Assembly (NCBI RefSeq): GCF_963506605.1 | Contig: NC_083290.1 | Location: 30,132,001 to 30,196,000 of the forward strand | Length of the DNA: 64,000 nucleotides | Source of the DNA: Zootoca vivipara | Taxonomy: Eukaryota | Direction of reading: 5' to 3' | Shown: positions 13,801-25,935 of the stretch, piece by piece | How positions within the stretch are numbered: position 1 is the stretch's first letter | How the letters are laid out: every line of letters begins with the position of its first letter | Translations under genes and position numbers: made by a program | Notes under the pieces: model-generated | Database searches by the model: none | Told to the model about the DNA's origin: nothing | Seen by the model: only the letters and a program-made list of their open reading frames with translations

Positions 13801-15657
13801 ACGTTTGCTTCTCCCACAACCCGCCACCCGTAAATTCCAGTATTTGCAAAATTAGCCAACACCAATTCTAAAACAAATACATTCTGCCGTCCTCATGCCG
13901 CAAGCATAGCTGTCAAGTTCTCCCTTTTTTTTAAAGGGAAATTCCTTTATGCTGAATAGGCTTCCTCGCGAGAAAAGGGAAAACTTGACAGCTATGCGCA
14001 AGTTGTAGAAAGGGGGCTGCGGCCGAAGGATCACATCTCGTGAAAGGCTTGCAGGGCCGTTTGCTCTGAATAGGGACAGCTGGGAGGGTGAAATCGTCCC
14101 CTCTGACTCGCAACAGCCCTCCTGGCAGGGGGTCCCTGGTCACAAGTCATCCCCCGCCCCCGCTTACAGCCATGATGATGTGTGTATCATATCCCTGCTA
14201 TTGCAACTGAGGGTGATGTATCCGAGGAAGTGGCCTCTTGTCCCCGAAAGGTTATAGCATAAGGATATTTGTTGGAACATGAGGAGCCACGAGCCTCTTT
14301 GTTGCTTTTTGCTTGCAATAACTGCTCCGAAGGTTCTTTAAACTGTAAACACTTTGAAATCGTAGCTCTGTAATAGGATCAGATTGACCGTTCACGTTCC
14401 TGAAGGCGGGGCTTCCTGGCTGTATTTGAAGCCTTGCTTTCCCACTTCGCCTGCCAAGGTAAAAGTGACAGCTGTTCATATGAAACAATGGAGAGAGATC
14501 CAGTTTTGCTTTGCTCTTGTGTAGCTTTGTTTGGGCAGCAGCATATCCATCCTTACCCACTGCCCACACATATAGAAGCGGTGGTGGAAGTTCATACACA
14601 CTCTTTCTATATCTCTACAGTATATCTGTATCTATTCTAGCACTGCAGCCGAGTTCATACTGTTTCATGCTCAGATATTCTTGTGAAAATCAATGCAGTT
14701 TCAAATGGTTCTTTAAAATATTTCAAAAATGAAAATCAAATCTACAAGCATTGTCTTCATGTTGCAGTATGAGGGCTGTGGCCAAATTTAAGTACTGTAG
14801 AGGTGTGTCGCTGGACCAAACCCAATGGGGACCCATCTTATTCAGCCTCCTGTTTTCCACAGTCGTCAGCCAGATGCCTTCTTGGGAAGCCCACAAACAG
14901 GACATGGAGAGGAGAGGGAGAGTTATGTAACAATCCTACAATGCAATCCTTCTTTCTCATATACCGTACTAGACAGTGCTTTGCAATGCCACAGTGGAAG
15001 TTATATCCTGCCCTGGCCCAGCCCAGCCCACAATTGTCATTTTCTGCCAGCGGCTGTTTTGGGTTTCCAGGATTCACCTCACCACTTTCCCCACCAAAAT
15101 ACCCACCCTCTGATGGTGTGATGGCTGCATGCCACCCCCAGCGAGTACACCACTTCTCTAGACAACAGTTCATGAAGTTGGCAGATCTGGTGGGGGGGGG
15201 AATAGTGTGTGGTGAGGAATCAGTTAAATTTCCATGTTCTGCAGGCTATTTCCTTCCATTTAAGAACATAAGAAGAGGCTGCTGGGTTAGATCAATGGCC
15301 TTTTAAGTCCAGCATCCTATTCACATACTATCCTACCTGCCTGTGAGAGACCCTCAAGCAGGTCCCAAACACAAGAGCACTCCCCCTCCCCTGTGGTTCC
15401 CTTCGGAAATTGTACTCTTTCTTAACATCTATTCACTCATTCATTTTCACGCACAGCGGGGACAGAGAGGCCTCCCACCCACAGGTTTCCTGTTCTTGGC
15501 TGACTACAGAGATGTTTTCTTCTACTTTCATATCCAGCTCAGCACAGCACTGAGCAAAGAAGTTGCACTTCTTTGTGGGTGTCTTTTTGCAAAGTGGGCA
15601 ATTTCCTTTCAAGGGAAAGAATAAGCGGGTTATCAGCACACACTCTGAAGAAGGGTC

Positions 15658-16165
15658 ATGGGACGCAGCCAGCATCTCTTGTGTGCAACCTTCCTCTTTG
15701 GATTGCTCTTCTCCAAAGGTAGGACCTCGCTCAAAGGCCCTTGAGTCTAGCCTCAGGAAAGGATCTCACATTTGTGGAGGTGGGGGAACAAAGACAGAAA
15801 AGTAGAGAAGTCGGGTCCTTGAGTGGGAAGACAACTAACCCATTCACCTTAAAATGTTCATTGACAAATCCTTTCCCATATTGTTTTATTTTGCCTGTAA
15901 TTGTGCTCTAAAACGCTTCCAAAAACCTGTATATATCAAATGCTTGAAAAGAAGATGCTCGCCACAGTTAGCTTCTATGTCCCACCCTGAAAGGCATCAG
16001 GCCTTACTGGCCGCTGGACCCTATGAAATGTTAGTGCCTTGTTCAGAGGATAAAGCAGAACCACCAACCACAGGAGATAGGTTCCATTTGGCCATCAGGA
16101 TCAATCGCCAACCTACATTAATAATAGCTATCATCACCACATCTTGTGCCAGAGAATTCCACAAG

Positions 16166-16232
<67 letters not shown>

Positions 16233-19200
16233 GAATGTCCCACTCTTCCACTTCATTGTACAACTCTGGGTTGTTGTAGTAGTAGTGTGTGTGAGTGTCT
16301 GTGTGTGTTTGTATAAGAGAGAGAGAGGAGCAGAAGCAGACTTTCCTTTGTCCAATGTGCATAATATAAACCTCAAACATGTCCCTTTTCCCCACCACCA
16401 TTTTTTTTAAAACTAAGACACCACAAACACATTAGCTTTTCCTTGTGACAGCGGGTGTTCTGGCCTCTTAATCGTTTTGGCTGCCCCCGCTGGTTTTTTT
16501 TGTTTTTTTTTAAGCTCTTTGGTGTCCTTATCGAGATGTGGCAGCCAGTAGTTCCAATGCAGCCACACTGTGATTTACATAATGCTGGGTCCATCTGATT
16601 GTCAGTCCCTTTCCTAGCTATCCCTAGTGTGGTATTTGTCCTTTTCATTCTGCCACTACTGCTGAACACCAAGTAATTGCTTCCATTGTTTTGAGGTGTA
16701 CAGCCTGGTGGGAGGATGCAGGTGTTTGTGTTTGGGCTGCAGACATTGTCCTGACTTCTGTGTCCAGATCTGGGCATAGTCCCCACTCCTTGACACCAAT
16801 AAGCCCCTTCCCACAAAGCATTTAAAAGGCCATGTTTCTGTTTCAGAAGTGGGCGAAGTAGCGTGATGTGGCTGACTCTTGGCACAACTTAATTCCCACC
16901 CTCTTTTATTGGACCATGGAATGACTTGGCTTTCTTCATAGCTCAGTTGGTTAGAGCATGGTGCTGATAACGCCGAGGTTGCAGGTTCAATCCCCATATG
17001 GGACAGCTGTATATTCCTTTATTGCAGGAGGGGGTCAGCCTAGTAGCTTCCTCCTCTTCCAGCACAAGCAATGTAGTCTATGTTTTTTATCACTTTCCTG
17101 TGAGAGGGTCTTTACCTTAGGGTTGTGGTCTTCCTTTGTGCATCCCAGCTGTGGCTGATCTTGCGTCCCTCTGAGTGTTAGATGAACCAAGGGCACTGCT
17201 GCGGGTGTTTCACTCCACCTTGTCATTCCTTCCTCATAGGTATTGCTGCGGCATCCATCACAGTGAAGCAGCATAAGAATAACATTGTCCTCTACTGTAA
17301 AGAGGATAACAACCACCCAATAAGCTGGAAGAAAGATGGGAATGCATTAAACCACGGAAACACTAGCCTGTCTTTGGGTGCCATCCTGGATGACCCGAGA
17401 GGTGTCTTTGAGTGCAATGACGCACGTCTTCAGGTGTTCGTCCGAAGTGCGTGAGCCCTTCCTCCCCCATGTGAAGGGAAAAGAAAGCAGTGCTACTCCA
17501 GAGAGTCACACAACTGAGGAGATGGTGGGAGGGGGACACACCCAGATGTGTGGCCACTTGGTGGGGACCACAACAACCCTGTCCAGTGTGAATGTGCTTA
17601 GCCTGGCAGTTGTGATGTTGTCAATGGCCCTGGTGGAGCCTGCTTTCTTTGTATCCTTTTTTTTAAAATACAGTATATAAATTTTATTTTTTGGTTTTTC
17701 AATTTTTTTGCAAACATACAAATTGCAAAAACACAAATTACATACATTTCTAATGCACACATATTTGACTTCCTCCCTTTTGTGGTTTCCTTCTGATTTT
17801 AATTTTTATGCTCCATTTTCCACATTACTCCATCTAAAGTTATTCTTTAGTTTCTCATAATAATATGTTTAACCACTTGTTTTACATTAATCCTGTTAAT
17901 GATCTATTTGCATACATGGGTTTTTCACATTTTTCACAAATTTCTCCCAATCTTTAAGAAATTTTTAGTACACCCATTAACCTTGCCATTTCGGCATAAT
18001 TCATTAATTTAATTAGCCACTTTTCCAGGGTTGGTACTATATCTTCTTTCCATCTCTAGGCAAAAAACATTCTAGCTGCAGTTGTGGCATACATAAACAA
18101 TTTGGGTGGGGTGTCTTTTGGTATATCACTATCTACTATCCCTAAAAAAAGCTTCTGGTTTTTAATGTTAAAAGTTATCTTAAACATTTTCTTCAATTTG
18201 TTATAAATCATTTCCCATAAAGCTTTTACTCTCTTACAAGATCACCGCATATGGTAGAGAGTACTATCTTTTTCTGGGGCTTGTTTCCTAATTAATTGGT
18301 TAAACTAAATGAACAATCTTACTTCAAAAGCAGACTGCTGTTGCATGAAAGATCTCAGACACCATCAAAGATTGGCAGCTTCTGCATGGGAGCTGTCAAA
18401 TACTCACATCAGATCTGACTGTGATTTCATTTTTTAAAGAAGTTGAAATCAAATATCAAATATCAAATATCGTTGGATATCACACAATGGCATCAAACTT
18501 AGAATACCTTTCAGATGAGAATTTTGAATGACAAAATTTGTTTCTGTTCCACTTTTAAGCCTCTCGGCTGGCTTGTTCTTTTGTTAGTGGTAAGTATCCT
18601 GCTAAGCATATTGCGCAGGTCTCTCTGCTGGTTGTGGTGCAGCAACAGTCCCTGGGCTCCGGGACTTGTTTTGTTGGATTGATGGGCTGTTTGGATGTTA
18701 GGAGTTGTGTTGGTCGATGATCTCCGGCGGGCTAGGGACAAAGGTAAGAGCTGTTTCCTTGTTCTGCTGGATCTCTCAGCGGCTTTTGACACCATCGACC
18801 ATAACATCCTTCTGGACCGTCTAGAGGGCTTGGGAGCTGGGGGCACTGTCATGCAGTGGTTCCGCTCCTTCCTCCTGGGCCGTGTTCAGAAAGTGGTGGT
18901 GGGGGATGAGTGTTCAGACCCCTGGGCTCTCACTTGTGGGGTGCCTCAGGGTTCTGTCCTCTCCCCCATGCTTTTTAACATCTATATGCAGCCGCTGGGA
19001 GAGATCATCAGGGGGTTTGGGCTGGGTGTCCATCAGTATGCTGATGATACCCAGCTCTACCTCTCTTTTAAATCAGAACCAGTGAAGGCGGTGAAGGTCC
19101 TGTGTGAGTGCTTGGAGGCGGTTGGAGGATGGATGGCGGCTAACAGATTGAGATTGAATCCTGACAAGACAGAAGTACTGTTTGTGGGGGACAGGAGGCG

Positions 19201-19973
19201 GGTGGGTGTGGAGGACTCTCTGGTCCTGAATGGGGTAACTGTGCCCCTGAAAGACCAGGTGTGCAGCCTGGGAGTCATTTTAGACTCACAGCTGTCCATG
19301 GAGGCACAGGTCAACTCTGTGTCCAGGGCAGCTGTTTATCAGCTCCATCTGGTACGCAGGCTGAGTCCCTACCTGCCCACTGACTGTCTCTCCAGAGTGG
19401 TGCATGCTCTAGTTATCTCTCGCTTGGACTACTGCAATGCGCTCTACGTGGGGCTACCTTTGAAGGTGACCCGGAAACTACAACTAATGCAGAATGCGGC
19501 AGCTAGACTGGTGACTGGGAGCGGCCGCCGAGATCACATAACACCGGTCCTAAAAGACCTACATTGGCTCCCAGTACGTTTCCGAGCACAATTCAAAGTG
19601 TTGGTGTTGACCTTTAAAGCCCTAAACGGCCTCGGTCCGGTATACCTGAAGGAGCGTCTCCACCCCCATCGTTCTGCCCGGACACTGAGGTCCAGCTCCG
19701 AGGGCCTTCTGGCGGTTCCCTCATTACGAGAAGCCAAGTTACAGGGAACCAGGCAGAGGGCCTTCTCGGTAGTGGCACCCACCCTGTGGAATGCCCTCCC
19801 ACTAGAGGTCAAAGAGAACAATTACCAGACCTTTAGAAGGCATCTCAAGGCAGCCCTGTTTAGGGAAGCTTTTAATGTTTGATGGATTTCTGTATTTTAG
19901 AATTTCTGTTTTTTTGGAAGCCACCCAGAGTGGCTGGGGGAACCCGGCCAGATGGGCGGGGTATAAATAATAA

Positions 19974-20023
<50 letters not shown>

Positions 20024-23000
20024 CTAGAAAACCCACCCTACAACCAGAAGTGCTTTTCATCTAGTCCCAGATGGCAAATGGCTGTTTCCAGTGCTTTTTT
20101 TTTAATGTTTAGGGTTACTAATGTTTTTAATGTTTAGGGTTACTCTCATTTTGACTCAAGAAAACCACCATTTTATAGTTCAAATCAGGAGAAATAAATA
20201 CAGTAAATGGACAAAAGTACAAAGATTCATAAAATGTTTAGGGGCATGCATCCGCCTGCATCCCCCCCCGAAGAAAAAAAGCACTGGCTGTTTCTAGTCA
20301 CTCAATGGCGAGGGACCGGCCATTTATTGATTATTCTTGTCATTTAATAAATTTCTATCCTGCCCGTCCCCCCAAAGGAGCCCAGGGTTGCAAACATCAA
20401 AATACTAAAGCACTACAGTTCCCATGTGCTCAGAGGCACACTCTATTCAAATCAAGCCACATGTGGACAAAACTCAGGTGTGCTTGTGAGCATAGGATGC
20501 ATGTTGAGTTCTCTTCCTCTTGCCACAGTGTGCCAGAATTGTATTCGTCTGGACCTTGCCGCCATCATGGGGATTCTGACGGCCAGCATCGTGGCTACGC
20601 TTTTCATGGCTGTTGGTGTGTACTACATTGCTGCAGGGGAGCCGGGCCGACGATCTCAGGGTGAGCATTGGGGGACAGACAATTGCTGGGAGATGGGGAA
20701 ACATCATTGGAAAAGGGAGCAATGTCCAAGTTGGTATCCACATTCCCATACCTGGTATGTTTAATGTTTAATTTTGTTAATCCCCCACTTGGAGTCATCC
20801 TGACATTTCCTGTTTTGACTTTGCAGCTTCTGACAAGCAGACCTTATTAGCCAATGAGCAGCTCTACCAGGTGAGTGGGTGCCTGTGGTCAATCTCTTCC
20901 TCTCCTCCATGGTGGTGTTTTCCTGGACAGCTCCTCCCAAGCTGTGAAATGAGGGGCCCTTTGCATCCAAGAATTCCTTGACTTCTGCAAAGCTTCTTCT
21001 GCCTCAGCCTAGGGTGCTGCTTTGCAGAGACAATATACTGTCATACCTCGGTTTAAGTACACCTCGGTTTGAGTACTTTCAGTTTAAGTACTCCGCGGAC
21101 CTGTCTGGAACGGATTAATCCACTTTCCATTACTTTCAATGGGAAAGTTCACTTCAGGTTAAGTACGCTTCAGGTTGAGTACGGACTTCCAGAACCAATT
21201 ACACTCATACTTCGGGTTAAGTACGCTTCAGGTTGGGTACTCTGTGGACCCGTCTGGAACTGGATTAATCAACTTTCCATTACTTTCAATGGGAAAGTTC
21301 ACTTCAGGTTAAGTACGCTTCAGGTTAAGTACAGACTTCCAGAACCAATTGTGTACTTAAACCGAGGTACCACTGTATTCTTCTGGGAATCATGATTCTG
21401 TCTGTGTGTTCTTTTAAAAAGCTAGTTTCTAGCCCTCGTGGCCAGAGATTAGCCTCCCAGTGGGGTAAAATGAAGAGACTGTGGTGGCAGAAAATCCCAA
21501 AAGCAACTTCATTTGAAAAAATAAAAATAAAGGAAGAATAAATGAAGGATGAGAACACCCACAGTCCTTTCCGGACACCTGAAGTTTGCTGTGATATGGG
21601 GTGTGTAGCAGGAAGCAGGGCGAGTCCTCCATCCCTTGAAACAGGAGCAGCAGCTGTTTCCAAATCCAGTATGAGGTGTGTTGGTGCTTCCAGCCCTTTC
21701 CTCTCTGGCTTGGAGTCAAAGGCCATTCTTAAGCCTCCATTCTTAAGTGGAAGAAGCACTCAGCCTATACCTCTCCTTCTACAGGAAACAGAGCAGCTTT
21801 CTTTTCTTCCCTAGATAGCAGCCTCCTTGGACACAAATACATAGGCTGAATCCAAGAGGTCTAGGCACACAATCTCTCCCATGAGTAAGCAATGCTAGAT
21901 TTAGGGTGGTGGCACTGAGCCAAGGGGGCGCATGATATTGTTGTTGTTGTTGTCGTCGTTGTTGTTAATCCCTATGTTTATATTGGTACTAAGAAGATTC
22001 ACAAAAAATCAGCTGCACCAAAATGAATTGTTGAGAAAATAAGATTTTTTGTGTGTGTGTGTGTGTGCCAAATTTTGTCCTTGCTTAGGGCGCCCCTATT
22101 ACCAAAGTCTGCCCCTGGAGTGAGCAGTTGCAAACACACATCAAACTCCAGTGGCACAATTTTAAGAGAGTTTACAGTATTATGAATGAGGCTTCCGAAA
22201 ATAAGCATTTGAGGGGGAAAGGAATGTTGGCAGTGTTCTGTTTTTAAGAGCTCTTGATTCAGGTGGGTTCTGATTGACAGGTGGCTCTGGCATGCTGATA
22301 GGAATAGAAGCATGGAGCCAGGGTGGGTGCCACCTTTTGGAAGTGGGGAGAGTGGGCTTTCACGAATTCATCACTGCAGGAGTTGCCCAACTTCCCTCTG
22401 CTTGTGCATTGGAGGGGAGACTAGGGTGGGGTAGGGTGGGGTGCAAGCTCCCCACTTAAACATGATAGAGAATCAGAGCAGCTGTGGTACTCTAATGGGG
22501 CTGAACTAAATTTCCCACCATCCCTGTCTGCTAGCCAGACTTGCTGGGGCTGATGGGAGTTGTAGTTCAGCAAAGGCTGGGGAGGGGGGGGAGAGTCCCA
22601 GCTCCTGGTCTAGAAAAACTGGGTACTCTTAAAGGGACAGGCTAGGTCAGAACCAGGTTAGACCAGCATTGAGACATTTCAAGTGGTCAGGGGACTACAG
22701 GGTGAGCAGCCCTTGCAACAACTCTTTCATACAGAGCCTGCTGTAAGGTCCGTGCATGTTTGTCACTACTCTGGGAGTTCATTGGGATAGCTGCTGGATT
22801 TCCTGGTCTTTTTTAAAAAAAACAAGGAGTAGACAGACAGAGAAAGTGAATCTAAGGTTGCAAAAGCTTCTGCTGTAGTAAACTTGTTAAATCTTTTAAC
22901 GTGCCATGAAAAGGCAGGCAATAGTACTAAGAAAGAAGTGACTGTGCTGCTGGTTCAACAGAAACTGTCAGATTTTCTTTTTGTGAGATGGAAGAAATAT

Positions 23001-23454
23001 TGGGAAAACTCTGATCTGTCACGGGCAGGTCATGACACCACCCGACCTCTTGCCATAAAAAAATGAATAAACAAAGGGCAGGGACTCCAGGCTGGGCAGC
23101 TGAAATGGATCCAGCCTTTGCAGGTTTTGCTGCAGCAGACTAACCCAGCTTCCCCCCTGGAAATCCCTGCAGCCTCCAGATAGCTAATGGGAACCCTCAT
23201 CTCCAGTGGCATCAGGATGGGTCAAGTGCAGCTGGGGGGGGGGCTTTCAATGCAGACGCAGTCCGCTAGCACTCCCATGTGCCAGACTAGTCTTGCCCAA
23301 ATCCTCCTCGGTCAACCTGCAAGTCCCTAAGGCAGGTTAAGAAAAGTACAGACCCCTGTTCTAACGGCAGGCCTCTCTTCCCCTCCAGCCTCTCGGAGAA
23401 CGCAACAATGGGCAGTACAGCCACATCGGAGTGGCCAAGACCCGCCACCAGTGA
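15658..23454 (+). CDS. CD3D: T-cell surface glycoprotein CD3 gamma/delta chain (single non-mammalian CD3G/D orthologue), ~169 aa
   Basis: Exons 15658-15718 (signal peptide MGRSQHLLCATFLFGLLFSK), 17240-17446 (Ig: C...W.KDG...DDPRGVFEC...LQVFVR), 20529-20660 (CQNC motif + TM), 20827-20870 (SDKQTLLANEQLYQ), 23389-23454 (PLGERNNGQYSHI..., ITAM). PolyA AATAAA 23813-23818. Orientation and five-exon layout are CD3D-like; the SDKQTLL motif is CD3G-like. Confidence 0.93.
16169..16230. repeat. (CT)n microsatellite in CD3G/D intron 1
   Basis: Direct observation. Confidence 0.97.
16420..16680 (-). mobile_element. Degenerate CR1-like LINE fragment
   Basis: Minus-strand similarity to the CR1 ORF2 3' region (from recall), heavily decayed. 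Confidence 0.5.
16939..17036 (+). mobile_element. tRNA-Ile-derived SINE head (not a functional tRNA)
   Basis: TAGCTCAGTTGGTTAGAGCATGGTGCTGATAACGCCGAGGTTGCAGGTTCAATCCCC carries A and B boxes, but the acceptor stem is absent and the sequence runs into a SINE body. Confidence 0.7.
17655..18275 (-). mobile_element. L1-clade LINE 3' fragment
   Basis: Poly(T) and TTTATT at the left end. Decayed minus-strand ORF2 C-terminus resembling the other L1 fragments in the window. Confidence 0.65.
18705..20022 (+). mobile_element. 5'-truncated L2-clade LINE with uninterrupted RT/C-terminal ORF and (TTA)n tail, in CD3G/D intron 2
   Basis: ORF 18695-19882 has LLDLSAAFDTIDH, GVPQGSVLSP, YADD, SRLDYCNALY and LHWLP motifs. 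Tail (TTA)n at 19974-20022. Confidence 0.92.
21036..21377. mobile_element. Tc1/mariner-type MITE with an internal ~150-bp duplication
   Basis: TA-flanked TIRs ...TACCTCGGTTTAAGTACAC / GTGTACTTAAACCGAGGTACCACTGTA. Internal units ~21084-21200 and ~21235-21350. Confidence 0.85.
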
Positions 23455-23908
23455 GAAGGGGACAAAGTGTTCTTCCTCTGATTTGGCAGCAAAGAGTGAA
23501 TTGCTGATGGCTCCTCCTTTTGCCATGGGGAGCTCAAAAGGGAAGGTTCCTTCAAGCTATAGTTAAGGGTGTAGAAATAGTTTGACTCTTGCTGTGCTTT
23601 CATTTCAAAATCTAACCCCTGTCCTTACCATTGAGCTGGCCTCCCTTTGTTCTTCCTACCCCCCTCCCCACCCCAACTTTCCCCTCTGATTTGAAGGGGC
23701 TCCAATAACTAAGAAAGCCAAAAGGGCTTTTGTTGTTTCTGCAGTGATCCACTTTCAACATTGCCTGTTCGCTGTGAGCTGTTTTATAGCAAGCAATGCA
23801 TAAATAGAATGAAATAAATAATAATCAAGGAAATGCTTCTCCAGTTTCCAGTGAAACTGCATCTCATCCGTGTGCAGCGCATACCTTTCCAAATTACTAA
23901 TTTTACTG

Positions 23909-24347
23909 CCCTGAGTCCAGGGGGGGGGGCTGAATTAGATTTAAGTGTTTAAATGTTATTATGATAAAAGAAATACTATTTGAATGTATGGAAAAAATTT
24001 GGGTATAAATTTGAGGCTAAGGGGAGAAATAGAGGATAGATGGATGGGAAAATAAATTTAGATTTGGATTAAGATGAATTATGGGTGGAAGATAGTCGAT
24101 GCTTTTAAGAATAGAAATAGTTGTGAGATAATGAAAAAAATGTGTTAGAATGATTTAAGATAATAAATGAAAATGGCTTAATTTGGAGTTAAAATTGGAC
24201 CCAGTGCGAGGGGAAACGAGGAAGTCTACAATGTTAATTAAAATGTTAGAATTGATATGTTTTTCTTTTTTATGTTTTTATTCTTGTTTTTGTGAATTTT
24301 TGTAATTTGTAATGTTAGAAAATCAATAAATATTATTTTTTGGGGGG
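23909..24347 (+). mobile_element. L1-clade 3' fragment with ~17-bp TSD
   Basis: AATTACTAATTTTACTG (~23892-23908) and AATTACTTATTTTACTG (~24348-24364) flank an A-rich body ending in AATAAA. Confidence 0.65.
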
Positions 24348-25935
24348 AATTACTTATTTTACTGAAAACAAATTGCAGTCTTTCAAGTGGTGTGTGGCTG
24401 AATGTATTTTGAAGGAAGATCGGTAGCTTGCTCTGAGTTTAAGCACCACACGAAGCCAGCAACTTGCACAAAGGCGCAGCCACACATTGGACGTTGACTC
24501 ACATGCCTTTTGCACGTGGGAGCTGTTTTTTTGCCTTTCTTGAAAATGCAGCTGCGCTTGCCTTGACCACATCCTGCAGAACAAGTGCCGTGGTAGCTGG
24601 GTGCTGAGCGCTCTTACGTGGGACCACAGCTCTTCCCACACCTGCTGCTTCCTGTGGGGCGAGGGAATGAGTGTTTGCCACTTGCCCTTCCCCATCAAGC
24701 AGTCCCTGGGCAGCAGAGAGAATTGAGGGGCTCCCAAGAGGGTGCTCAGCCAGAGTTTCTGGCCCATGGCGTTAATGTAGTCCTGCCTTCTGTTGCCGCC
24801 GCTCTGAATAGCTTACCTTCCTCACCTGCCTTCCTGACAGCTTTTAAGTCTTTCCCACCCTGGGCATAACCAGCAATCCCTGCCTTCTCTGCCCTGCCTT
24901 TTCCCCACTATGCCACATCTGTGAATTTTCTTGAATCCCCTGTTAGTTGCAAAGTCACCAGGAGTTCCCAGCAGGGAACATACCAACCCATTAAAGAATG
25001 ACATGCAAAGAGAGCCAGTGTGATACAGCATGCTGGCCTGGAAGGCACTTTATTAGAATTCCTTGCAAACACAACCAAAACAAAATACATACTGTACAGT
25101 TCTGTGCCCCGAGGGGTCAGCGCATCTACTGTGGTGCCCAAACACAGCATGGCTGGGGGAGAGAAAGGCAGCGGAGGAGTCAGCTGAGGTTATTCAATCA
25201 GGACCAACCCTCCTCCCTGGGTCACAGGAGCACTTTTGGGGTGGGGTGGGGTGGGGACCAGACTACAAAGTGGTTTAAAGGTGGGCTGATGTGGTGGAGA
25301 AGGGCTGGGACTGATGAATGAACAAAGGCGAGATGCCTTAGAACAGGGCTCAGCTTCTGTCAGCCCCCATAGTTAAGGCTCTAGAGATGGGACAAACCTC
25401 TCTGCCCAGCATTTCTTCCCCCACCTGCATGACCCAGCAACCAGCTCCTGCCCAGGTGTGTGGCTAGAGAAGAGGAATCAGGAGAATCTGAGCTGGCTCA
25501 GGGTTGGAACACAGTTCACAGTGTAAGCCCAAGTGGCCTATGACCCTAAGCCCATAACACCCTTCCCAGTCCCCGTGACTTGTCCCCCCTGTGACTCTGT
25601 GCCCCACATCCCTCTCTGCAGTGCAGGGCTGAAGTTGCTCCAGGCATGGCTTGGATACGACGATTGTCTGACCCAGAAGGAAGCACTTCTACTGGGCCAT
25701 CAAGAAGCTGGGAAGGACCCCATCGGAGGTGCACCTGGACCCACTGAAGGGAGTGGACTGAGCTGCAGAAAAGGAGGATGGTTTTCCAGGCTGTGAGACT
25801 CAGGGAGAGGTGTGTGGTGACCCACCTGCCACCAAGGGAAGCTGCTGGTGGCAAAGGGAGACGGCGGTGCCACCAGCAGTCAGCAACAATGAGGTTTCGT
25901 GGCACTGCGGCTTCACCCAGAGACTGTGGTATGTC

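Noticed and set aside
14488-14640. MERDPVLLCSCVALFG... as a CD3 leader or CD3G remnant
   Set aside because: No suitable phase-1 donor follows. The exon at 15658-15718 fits much better.
16939-17010. tRNA-Ile(GAT) gene
   Set aside because: No acceptor stem, and the sequence continues into a SINE body. Better explained as a tRNA-derived SINE head.
18695-19882. Host reverse transcriptase gene
   Set aside because: 5'-truncated L2 LINE with a (TTA)n tail, lacking the endonuclease and RT N-terminus.
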